From: an uncultured Candidatus Pelagibacter sp.
GTDB taxonomy: Bacteria; Pseudomonadota; Alphaproteobacteria; Pelagibacterales; Pelagibacteraceae
Direction: 5' to 3'
NCBI GenBank assembly: GCA_905612375.1
Contig: CAJQRS010000002.1
Location: forward strand, 1-62,800
DNA: 62,800 nucleotides
Positions 40,992 to 48,434 of this stretch are shown here, piece by piece (position 1 is the first letter of the stretch; each line of letters opens with the position of its first letter). The position numbers were made by a program, and so were the translations under genes. The notes under the pieces were generated by a model. The model ran no database searches and was not told the DNA's origin. It worked only from the letters and a program-made list of their open reading frames with translations.

Positions 40992-41507
40992 ATGAAATTA
41001 TTAATAATATTTATATATCTGATAACGATCAATTTTAGTTATGCTTTCGAAAAGCCAGACTTAAAAAATTTAGTTCTAATAAAAAATCCAAAGCTATATG
41101 AGGATGTAATCTTCATGGATATAAATCAAAAAAACGTTAATTTAGATGATTTTAGAGGAAAACTGATAATATTAAATTTCTGGGCAACATGGTGTGCTCC
41201 TTGTAAGGAGGAGATGCCATCTTTAGATAGCCTTCAATCAAATAGCAAATTAAGTAACTTAAAAATCTTTCCAATAAATATTGGTCAAGAAGATATATAC
41301 AAATCAGAATCTTTTTTTAAAAAACTAGATATCAAAAACTTAAATATCTATATTGATGCACCGATTACCTTAGCAAAGAAATTTTCTTTAAGGGGAATTC
41401 CCACAAGTATCATACTTAATAAAGAAGGGAAAGAATTTGCACGAATTATAGGATCTATTAATTTTAATGATGAAGAATTTATTAATTGGTTAAAACTTTA
41501 TAATTAA
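40992..41507 (+). CDS. tlpA: TlpA-family thiol-disulfide oxidoreductase
   Basis: LNFWATWCAPCKEEMPSL motif; N-terminal signal/anchor. Confidence 0.88.
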   Translation: MKLLIIFIYLITINFSYAFEKPDLKNLVLIKNPKLYEDVIFMDINQKNVNLDDFRGKLIILNFWATWCAPCKEEMPSLDSLQSNSKLSNLKIFPINIGQEDIYKSESFFKKLDIKNLNIYIDAPITLAKKFSLRGIPTSIILNKEGKEFARIIGSINFNDEEFINWLKLYN

Positions 41508-41707
41508 TTTTTAAAAAAATAAGCAAAACAAACTAATACAATTATAGCTATAAATTGAAAAAGCACTCTGTACTGCATTAATTTATTTGAATATTTTTTA
41601 CTGGTCTCCCCCCCTTTAAACAGGGTTCCAATTCCCAAAATTAATACAACAGCAACAACTAGCAGTAGTGTTATGCCAAGAATTTTAACTAGTGTTCCAG
41701 AAATCAT
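41504..41707 (-). CDS. Twin-transmembrane-helix small protein (HIG1 domain)
   Basis: Two TM helices flanking the YSNKLMQYRVLFQ motif. Confidence 0.85.
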   Translation of the reverse strand: MISGTLVKILGITLLLVVAVVLILGIGTLFKGGETSKKYSNKLMQYRVLFQFIAIIVLVCFAYFFKN

Positions 41708-41756
41708 ACTTATACTGTATTATGTTTTTTAAATAAAAAAACATAATAAAACATCT

Positions 41757-42416
41757 ATGACATTTTGTCTAACAACCACAATTATAAAGCCAGAAAATGA
41801 TACACTGATCAAACATGCAGTTATTTTACTTCATGGATATGGAGGAGATGGAAAAGATATAAGTATGTTAACCTTAAATTGGAAAAGGTTTTTACCTAAT
41901 ACTATTTTTTTATGTCCAAATGGACATGAAAAATGTGAAATTAATCCAACTGGCTATCAATGGTTTGACTTGACCAGGAATGATCCAGAATATATTTTAG
42001 AACAATCTAAAAAAGCTGAAATAAAGCTTAATCAATTTATTAGAGAAATAAAAGATAGATATAATTTAAACAATTCACAAATTTGCATATCTGGTTTTAG
42101 TCAGGGGTGCATGATGTCTATAAATTTAGGACTAACAAGCAGTGAAAACTATAATTGTATTATTGGTTTTTCAGGAAAAGTGATAAATTCAGAAGACCTT
42201 ATTAAAAGAAAAACCTCTTCAACGAAAATGCTTTTAATGCATGGAGATAAAGATGCTGTTGTTTCACCAACTTTTTTATTGGAAGCAAAAGACTTTTTGA
42301 TTAGAAGTGCTGTCGAGGTCGAGACAAAATTAATAAAAAATTGTGACCATCACATTCCAATTGAAGCTTCTAGTACAGCATTAAATTATATAAAAATTAA
42401 TTTTCAAATTCAATAA
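41757..42416 (+). CDS. Alpha/beta hydrolase (phospholipase/carboxylesterase)
   Basis: LLHGYG, GFSQG, HGDKDAVV and catalytic His motifs. Confidence 0.9.
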   Translation: MTFCLTTTIIKPENDTLIKHAVILLHGYGGDGKDISMLTLNWKRFLPNTIFLCPNGHEKCEINPTGYQWFDLTRNDPEYILEQSKKAEIKLNQFIREIKDRYNLNNSQICISGFSQGCMMSINLGLTSSENYNCIIGFSGKVINSEDLIKRKTSSTKMLLMHGDKDAVVSPTFLLEAKDFLIRSAVEVETKLIKNCDHHIPIEASSTALNYIKINFQIQ

Positions 42417-42460
42417 ATATTCTATTTATTGATAAAGTAATTTTTTTGAGTTAGAATTTT

Positions 42461-43030
42461 ATGATGTTTTTTACTGATCAAAATCTTTCCCTAGAAAAAT
42501 GTCCAGCACTAGTTTTAAATGCTGATTACAGACCTTTGAGTTATTATCCATTATCATTGTGGAGCTGGCAAGATTCAGTAAAATCTGTTTTTTTGGACAG
42601 AGTAACTATAGTAAGTAATTACGATAAAATTATCAGAAGCCCATCACTTAATATGAAATTACCAAGTGTAATTGCTTTAAAAAATTTTATCAAACCTCAA
42701 TCTAATCCAAGTTTTACAAGATTTAATGTTTTTTTAAGAGATAGATTTTTATGCCAATATTGTGGAAGTGACCAAGAACTGACATTTGATCATTTACTTC
42801 CAAGATCTAAAGGTGGACAGACAAATTGGGATAATGTTGTGACTGCCTGCTCTTCTTGTAATGTAAGAAAAGGTGGTAGATTATTAAAAAATTCAGATAT
42901 GACACTCAATCAAGACCCTTTTCAACCTTCCACTGAAGATTTGCACAAAAATGGAAAACACTTTCCACCAAATTTTCTTCACAAAAGTTGGATGGATTAT
43001 TTGTATTGGGATGTTGAGTTGGAAGCTTAA
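42461..43030 (+). CDS. HNH endonuclease of the conserved alphaproteobacterial type
   Basis: PALVLNADYRPLS, FTRFNVFLRD, CQYCG, TFDHLLPRSKGG and ACSSCNVRKG motifs. Confidence 0.92.
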   Translation: MMFFTDQNLSLEKCPALVLNADYRPLSYYPLSLWSWQDSVKSVFLDRVTIVSNYDKIIRSPSLNMKLPSVIALKNFIKPQSNPSFTRFNVFLRDRFLCQYCGSDQELTFDHLLPRSKGGQTNWDNVVTACSSCNVRKGGRLLKNSDMTLNQDPFQPSTEDLHKNGKHFPPNFLHKSWMDYLYWDVELEA

Positions 43031-43564
43031 TTATATTTTTTCAGATATATTGATAGCAATTTTTGATCCTGCCTTAATTATTTTATCTAAAATTGAGTAT
43101 ATACCTTTTTTTGTAGCTCCCTCTGAATAAGCTATATCTTTGTGGTGCAGTTCGTCTTCTCTAAATTTAATAATTTTTTTTTTTAATTTTTTTTCATCAT
43201 CTTTTAACTCTTTAATTTGATTTGAGTAATGCTCATCAATAACTTCTTCAACAGAGGCAGTACAAAGCATTGCTGCCTTTTTTCCTAATATTGTTGAACC
43301 AAACCCCAGTCCTACACCAAGAATATCCCACAAAGGTAAAAATTTTGTAGGTTCAATATTTCTTTTTTTGATTTCATTTTCAAAATAATCACAATGTTCT
43401 TTTTCATGAATTTTCATTTCTTCAATCTTTTTTTTTAAGTTATCATTTTTTATAAATGTGTTGAGTGCTAATAATTGCCCCTCATAAATTTTTATTGCGC
43501 CACGTTCTCCAGCATGATCTACTCTAATAAATTCTATTACTTTATTTTTATCTGTTTTTTTCAT
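43031..43564 (-). CDS. coq7: Demethoxyubiquinone hydroxylase (Coq7 diiron family)
   Basis: IRVDHAGERGAIKIYEGQ, EKEH, AMLCTASVEEVIDEHY and FREDELHH motifs. Confidence 0.93.
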   Translation of the reverse strand: MKKTDKNKVIEFIRVDHAGERGAIKIYEGQLLALNTFIKNDNLKKKIEEMKIHEKEHCDYFENEIKKRNIEPTKFLPLWDILGVGLGFGSTILGKKAAMLCTASVEEVIDEHYSNQIKELKDDEKKLKKKIIKFREDELHHKDIAYSEGATKKGIYSILDKIIKAGSKIAINISEKI

Positions 43565-44033
43565 AAATTAAAAAAAGTTTCGTTGTTATAACACCCAATG
43601 TTAAACTGATAAAAACATTAAAAGTCGCAAGGGATAAACCAAAAATTCGAAAAGTTACATCCTTACAGCTCACAGGCATCTTTTTAAGCTGTTCCAAAAG
43701 AGCTTCTTTGGATAGACTTTTACCTTCGTTATTTAAATCACAAACTAAAGATTCTTTAATAAATCCTTGTTCTATACCAAAATGATAAAATGCTATCAAA
43801 GTTGCAGAAAAAAATATTAAACTTAGAATCATTAAAGACATTTTTTCAAATTTTTTAGTAAGTAAACAAATTGAAATAACTATTATTGAAAAAATATATG
43901 GTATTCTTTCAATTAAACATAAGTTGCATGGTTGGTGTTTAAGCACGTATTGGATAAAGTATGCAGTAATTAGAGCAAAAACACTAAATAAAATTATTAA
44001 ATTAAATATAGTTTTATTTTTAATCTTAGACAT
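43548..44033 (-). CDS. dsbB: Disulfide bond formation protein B family
   Basis: PCNLCLIERIPY motif, second Cys pair, FGLSLA; four TM segments. Confidence 0.88.
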   Translation of the reverse strand: MSKIKNKTIFNLIILFSVFALITAYFIQYVLKHQPCNLCLIERIPYIFSIIVISICLLTKKFEKMSLMILSLIFFSATLIAFYHFGIEQGFIKESLVCDLNNEGKSLSKEALLEQLKKMPVSCKDVTFRIFGLSLATFNVFISLTLGVITTKLFLIYEKNR

Positions 44034-44034
44034 A

Positions 44035-44631
44035 TTATTTAGTCACGAAATATATTGCACCAGCTATAAACATAATTAAAAGACCTAAAATTGCAAACCA
44101 TTTTGTAGCCTCAGTTTGCATGAATTTGTTAAATGTATCACCAAATTTAAATGAGAGATAAGAGACGATGAAAAACCTTAAACCTCTAGAGATTAGGCAT
44201 ATAAAAAGAAATATGAATAAATTAAAACCAATCATCCCGCTGGTTATTGTAAACACCTTAAATGGCAAGGGCGTAAAACCAGCAAGAAATAAAGTAGCTA
44301 GCCAGATATAAAAACCAGTCCCTTTTGTTAGGTTGTCTTTAAGGTTAACAACTTTATCTTCATAACTATAAAACTCTACTACTTTCATTCCAACATCTGA
44401 AAAATATGTGCCAATAAAGTAGCCTAATACACCACCAAGGGTAGAGAAAATTGTAGCAATCAAAAAAATTTTTAAATAATCATTTTTTTTAGCTATAACC
44501 ATTGGTACAATCATGACATCAGGTGGAATGGGAAAAAAAGAACTTTCTACAAAAGATACAATTGCTAAAAATATTTTTGAGCTCTTGTGTGCAGCAAGTT
44601 GTAAAGATTTTTGATATAATTTGATAAGCAT
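44035..44631 (-). CDS. YqaA/DedA-family (SNARE-associated) membrane protein
   Basis: SFVESSFFPIPPDVM and GFTPLPFKVFTI motifs. Confidence 0.9.
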   Translation of the reverse strand: MLIKLYQKSLQLAAHKSSKIFLAIVSFVESSFFPIPPDVMIVPMVIAKKNDYLKIFLIATIFSTLGGVLGYFIGTYFSDVGMKVVEFYSYEDKVVNLKDNLTKGTGFYIWLATLFLAGFTPLPFKVFTITSGMIGFNLFIFLFICLISRGLRFFIVSYLSFKFGDTFNKFMQTEATKWFAILGLLIMFIAGAIYFVTK

Positions 44632-44701
44632 TACTTTTTGGTTTTAATATAAATTAAGTTCTTATACAATTTAATTTGATAGTTATAATAATTAAAATTC
44701 A

Positions 44702-44786
44702 GGGCGAATGGCGGAACTGGTAGACGCGCACGACTCAAAATCGTGTTTCGCAAGAAGTGAGAGTTCGATTCTCTCTTCGCCCACCA
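44702..44786 (+). tRNA. tRNA-Leu (CAA)
   Basis: GGGCGAA/TTCGCCC acceptor stem, CACGA-CTCAAAA-TCGTG anticodon arm, long variable arm, GTTCGATTC T-loop, encoded CCA. Confidence 0.97.
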
Positions 44787-44793
44787 AAAGTTT

Positions 44794-46497
44794 ATGCAAA
44801 TAAATAAAATAAATAATTTATTAGAGTTGTTTTACAAGCAATATCAAAAACAAAATAAAGAAAGTATTTTTTTACAATCTTTAAAACAGCCTCATAAAAA
44901 ATATTCATGGGAAGATGTTTATTTAAATATTAACAAATTATCGGAAGAAATATCAAAATATATTAAAAAAGGTGATAGATGTTTATTAGTATCTGAGAAC
45001 AGACCTGAGTGGATGATATCAGACTTATCAATTATGCTTTCGGGAGGAATAACAGTGCCTGCCTATACCACTTATACAGAAAGAGACTATGAATATATTA
45101 TTGATGATTGTAAGCCAGCAATTATGATTATTTCAGATAAAATTCAATATGAAAAAATTAAAAATATAATTCCAAAGAAAGAATTTATTAAAAAGATTAT
45201 TTTTTTTGAAAATGTAGAAAATAATAGTGAGGAATTAAATTTAAATACACATGATATTTTTAAAAAAAATAATTACAACAATCGAAATTTTTATGATTTA
45301 AAAATCCAAAGAAAAGATATGGCTTGCATAATTTATACTTCTGGTACCCAGGGTAATCCAAAAGGTGTAATGTTAAGTCATGGGGGGATATTAAATAACT
45401 GTGAGGGAGCACATGAATTATTAAAAACTTTTATTTCTAAAAAGCCAAAATTTTTAACTTGGTTACCATTATCACACTCATACGAACACACAGTTCAGTT
45501 TGTACAGATAGTTGTAGGGGCGAGGGTATTTTATGCTGAAAGTATAGATAAGTTGATTAAAAATATGGGCAATTGTTCGCCAGAGATAATGACTGCAGTA
45601 CCAAGGTTTTATCAAAATTTACATCAAAAAATTAATGCATCGTTCAGTAAAGCTAGAGGATTAAAAAAACTTCTAGTTAATAAAACAGTACAGTTAGGAA
45701 AAAAAAAATTAAATAAACAAAAAATTTCATTAATTGAAAATATGATTAATTTTATTTGTGAAAAATTAGTTAGAAGAAAAATTAAAAATCAATTTGGAGG
45801 AAACTTAAAGGCTTTCATTTCAGGAGGTGGAGCCCTAGATAAAGAGATAGGTTCGTTTTTAAATGCCATTGGCTTACCAACATTGCAGGGGTATGGCCTA
45901 ACAGAAACCTCACCAGTTGTAAGCTGTAACTCAATAGAAGAAATTAGAGTTGAAACAGTTGGTCCACCATTTAAAGGAAATTTAGTTAAAATAGCAGATG
46001 ATGGAGAAATACTCATTAAAGGTGAGAATGTTATGCTGGGCTATTGGAAAAATGATGAAGAAACAAATAAAGTTTTAAAAAATGGATGGCTCTATACTGG
46101 AGATATAGGAGAGTTTGATGGAAAATTTCTTAAAATAACTGACAGAAAAAAAGATATTATCATAACAACAGGAGGAGATAATATCTCACCAATTAAAATT
46201 GAAAATGATTTAAATAAATCTGATTTTATAGAACAAAGTTTAGTTTATGGTGACAGTAAACCGTACTTAGTTAGTTTAATAGTACTAAGCTCTGAATATA
46301 AAAATACTTCTAATGAAAAAATTCAATATGAAATAGAAAAAATAAATTTAAATTTATCTAGAATAGAAAAAATAAAAAAATTTTTTATTATTAAAGATCA
46401 ATTCTCAATTGAAAATAGTATGATGACACCAACATTGAAATTAAAAAGATATAAAATCATACAAAAATATCAAAAAGAACTTGAAAAACTCTTTTAA
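44794..46497 (+). CDS. Long-chain-fatty-acid--CoA ligase (AMP-dependent synthetase)
   Basis: IIYTSGTQGNPKGVMLSH, LPLSHSYE, QGYGLTE, GWLYTGDIG and TPTLKLKR motifs. Confidence 0.9.
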   Translation: MQINKINNLLELFYKQYQKQNKESIFLQSLKQPHKKYSWEDVYLNINKLSEEISKYIKKGDRCLLVSENRPEWMISDLSIMLSGGITVPAYTTYTERDYEYIIDDCKPAIMIISDKIQYEKIKNIIPKKEFIKKIIFFENVENNSEELNLNTHDIFKKNNYNNRNFYDLKIQRKDMACIIYTSGTQGNPKGVMLSHGGILNNCEGAHELLKTFISKKPKFLTWLPLSHSYEHTVQFVQIVVGARVFYAESIDKLIKNMGNCSPEIMTAVPRFYQNLHQKINASFSKARGLKKLLVNKTVQLGKKKLNKQKISLIENMINFICEKLVRRKIKNQFGGNLKAFISGGGALDKEIGSFLNAIGLPTLQGYGLTETSPVVSCNSIEEIRVETVGPPFKGNLVKIADDGEILIKGENVMLGYWKNDEETNKVLKNGWLYTGDIGEFDGKFLKITDRKKDIIITTGGDNISPIKIENDLNKSDFIEQSLVYGDSKPYLVSLIVLSSEYKNTSNEKIQYEIEKINLNLSRIEKIKKFFIIKDQFSIENSMMTPTLKLKRYKIIQKYQKELEKLF

Positions 46498-46616
46498 TTT
46501 ATTTTTTTAAGATGGGTTACTAAGCGCATAAACTCTTACTTTTTTACCTACTAGAAAAATATATTTAAATAACAAAATTTTTATCACAAATATAAAATTG
46601 TTCTTTAATTAAAGAT

Positions 46617-46645
46617 TTGACATCACTTGTATAAAAAAATAAAAA
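46617..46645 (+). promoter_or_regulatory. Sigma70 promoter for the small basic-peptide gene
   Basis: TTGACA (46617-46622), 17 bp, TAAAAA (46640-46645); followed by the hairpin GCGAATCA-CTT-TGATTCGT (46656-46674). Confidence 0.6.
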
Positions 46646-46697
46646 TAAGTTAACAGCGAATCACTTTGATTCGTTTAACTTAAACAGGGAGCTAAAG

Positions 46698-46787
46698 ATG
46701 GCTACAAAGAAAAAAGCAAAAAAAGCTAAAAAGAAAACTAAGAAAAAAGCTAAAAAAGCTAAAAAAGCGAAGAAAAGAAAAAGATAG
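46698..46787 (+). CDS. 29-aa Lys/Ala-rich polycationic peptide (histone-H1-tail/protamine-like)
   Basis: Not in ORF track. MATKKKAKKAKKKTKKKAKKAKKAKKRKR; AGGGAG SD 6 nt before the ATG; synonymous codon variation (GCT/GCA/GCG, AAA/AAG); own promoter and terminator. Confidence 0.8.
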   Translation: MATKKKAKKAKKKTKKKAKKAKKAKKRKR

Positions 46788-46802
46788 TATCTTAATCTTT
46801 TC

Positions 46803-46847
46803 AAAAAACGCTTCTCATAACATTTTGTGTGAGAGGCGTTTTTTTTT
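46803..46847. terminator. Bidirectional Rho-independent terminator between the basic-peptide gene and carD
   Basis: A6-CGCTTCTCAT...GTGAGAGGCG-T9. Confidence 0.85.
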
Positions 46848-46856
46848 GCCTAATTT

Positions 46857-47726
46857 TTAATCTTCTGTATCAGTATCAGTATCAGTATCAGTACTAGGTT
46901 CAGCTTCAGATGCCCCTGATTCCACAAGCTTGGTAGGAGCGGCAATAACTTTTGCTTGTCCTTCTAAGTTTCTTTTTAATGCTTTGTCTAATTTTTTCTG
47001 TGTATCCTCCAATGATACCCCCATTACTATTTGGAATTCTGACAAAATTCTTTCATAGGCTTTTTCAAAAAGTTGTCTTTCACTATAAGATTGATCAACC
47101 ATAAGATCGTCACCTTTATTTAAATCTCTAACAACTTCAGCAAGTTCATAAATTTTACCAGAAGAGATTTTTGATTCATATTCTTGGGCTCTTCTACTCC
47201 ACATTGATCGCTTGATTTTTGGTTTACTTTTTAAAATAGATATACATTTATTAACCTGATTAATAGTTGCTAGTGCTCTAAGATGAGATTGTTTGTTTAC
47301 TGGAACCATTCCATTAGCCTTATCTTTTTCGAACTTAAGCACATATGTCTCAACATCAATTCCACCAATATTAATTTTTTTAAATTCAGTAATTTGTCCA
47401 ACGCCGTGTTTTGGATAAACAACATAATCTTTAACTTTGTATTCTTTTTTTTCTGTGTCCTGTTTTTTTATTTTTTTGATTTCAGGCTTAACTTCATTAC
47501 TTTTTGAAATTCGTAAATTATCAGTTTTTACTTCAACCTTCTGAGTAGTAAGTTTTGTAGTGATTGTTTTTAAATTTTTTTTATTTTTTGTAGGAATTTT
47601 TTTTACTACCTTAGCTTTTTTTACAGAAACAGTTTTTTTAACTACTTTAATTTTTTTTTTTACTTTTTTCTCAGGAGTTTTTTTAAAGATTTTCGCTAAA
47701 ATATTTGTCGTACTTGTTTTCTTCAT
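46857..47726 (-). CDS. carD: CarD/CdnL-family RNA polymerase-binding transcription factor with Lys-rich N-terminal extension
   Basis: [18 protein letters not shown], conserved Trp in [17 protein letters not shown] and [10 protein letters not shown] motifs; downstream of fdxA. Confidence 0.93.
   Translation of the reverse strand: MKKTSTTNILAKIFKKTPEKKVKKKIKVVKKTVSVKKAKVVKKIPTKNKKNLKTITTKLTTQKVEVKTDNLRISKSNEVKPEIKKIKKQDTEKKEYKVKDYVVYPKHGVGQITEFKKINIGGIDVETYVLKFEKDKANGMVPVNKQSHLRALATINQVNKCISILKSKPKIKRSMWSRRAQEYESKISSGKIYELAEVVRDLNKGDDLMVDQSYSERQLFEKAYERILSEFQIVMGVSLEDTQKKLDKALKRNLEGQAKVIAAPTKLVESGASEAEPSTDTDTDTDTED
46867..46893. repeat. Hexamer tandem repeat (GTATCA)x4.5 encoding the TDTDTDTD tail of CarD
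   Basis: gtatcagtatcagtatcagtatcagta. Confidence 0.85.
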
Positions 47727-48009
47727 TTTTATATTTCTCGTTGTCCTTTGGAGGATCTTTTTTAATAGTTATATTTGGCCAAATTTCAGAATACTTAGTA
47801 TTTAATTCAAGCCATTTTTCACTTCCAGACACAGTATCTGCTACTATAGCATCAACTGGACATTCTGGCTCGCAAACGCCACAATCTATACACTCCTCCG
47901 GTTTAATTACAAGCATATTTTTGCCTTCATAAAAGCAATCGACTGGACAAACTTCTACACAGTCCATTAATTTACATTTAATACATTTGTCATTTACAAC
48001 GTAGGTCAT
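47683..48009 (-). CDS. fdxA: Ferredoxin FdxA (dicluster)
   Basis: [29 protein letters not shown] and [12 protein letters not shown] motifs. Confidence 0.96.
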   Translation of the reverse strand: MTYVVNDKCIKCKLMDCVEVCPVDCFYEGKNMLVIKPEECIDCGVCEPECPVDAIVADTVSGSEKWLELNTKYSEIWPNITIKKDPPKDNEKYKNEENKYDKYFSENL

Positions 48010-48434
48010 TTTTTTAATTCTTTTTTCATTTTTTCTTTTAAGTCTCCCATAGTCTTAGCATCTATATACAGTAAACCAGCTAGTCTCCTCATCAAGTTTG
48101 TCTCATATATGTCCGCGTTATCATCTGAATAAATAATTCTCCATAAGGACTCAATTATCTTAATTTTATCTGATTCTGGTGCATTTTTAACTTCTCTAGT
48201 AAAATCTAATATTTGATTTGAATTTTCTTCAATAGTAGCAGCCTCTAAGATTAATTTATCTATATCTGATTTTTTCGCACCCAACTCAATTAAAGTCTTT
48301 TTAATAATATTTTTTTCTTTTTCATCGTAAGCTTCATCAATTTTTGCTGTATGTATTAATAGAGCAGCAATTTTAGAATAAGAATAATTATCATTCATTT
48401 CATTTTTTTTCTTATTTTTAAAAAAAATAACCAT
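48006..48434 (-). CDS. TerB-family protein
   Basis: [12 protein letters not shown] and [12 protein letters not shown]...[14 protein letters not shown] motifs. Confidence 0.8.
   Translation of the reverse strand: MVIFFKNKKKNEMNDNYSYSKIAALLIHTAKIDEAYDEKEKNIIKKTLIELGAKKSDIDKLILEAATIEENSNQILDFTREVKNAPESDKIKIIESLWRIIYSDDNADIYETNLMRRLAGLLYIDAKTMGDLKEKMKKELKK

Noticed and set aside
42461-43030. HNH nuclease as a defence or mobile element
   Set aside because: It matches the conserved stand-alone alphaproteobacterial HNH next to a carboxylesterase; there is no methylase, repeat, integrase or compositional shift nearby.
48006-48434. Tellurite-resistance or anti-phage ter operon
   Set aside because: Only a solitary TerB-fold gene is present; no terC, terD or terZ partners.
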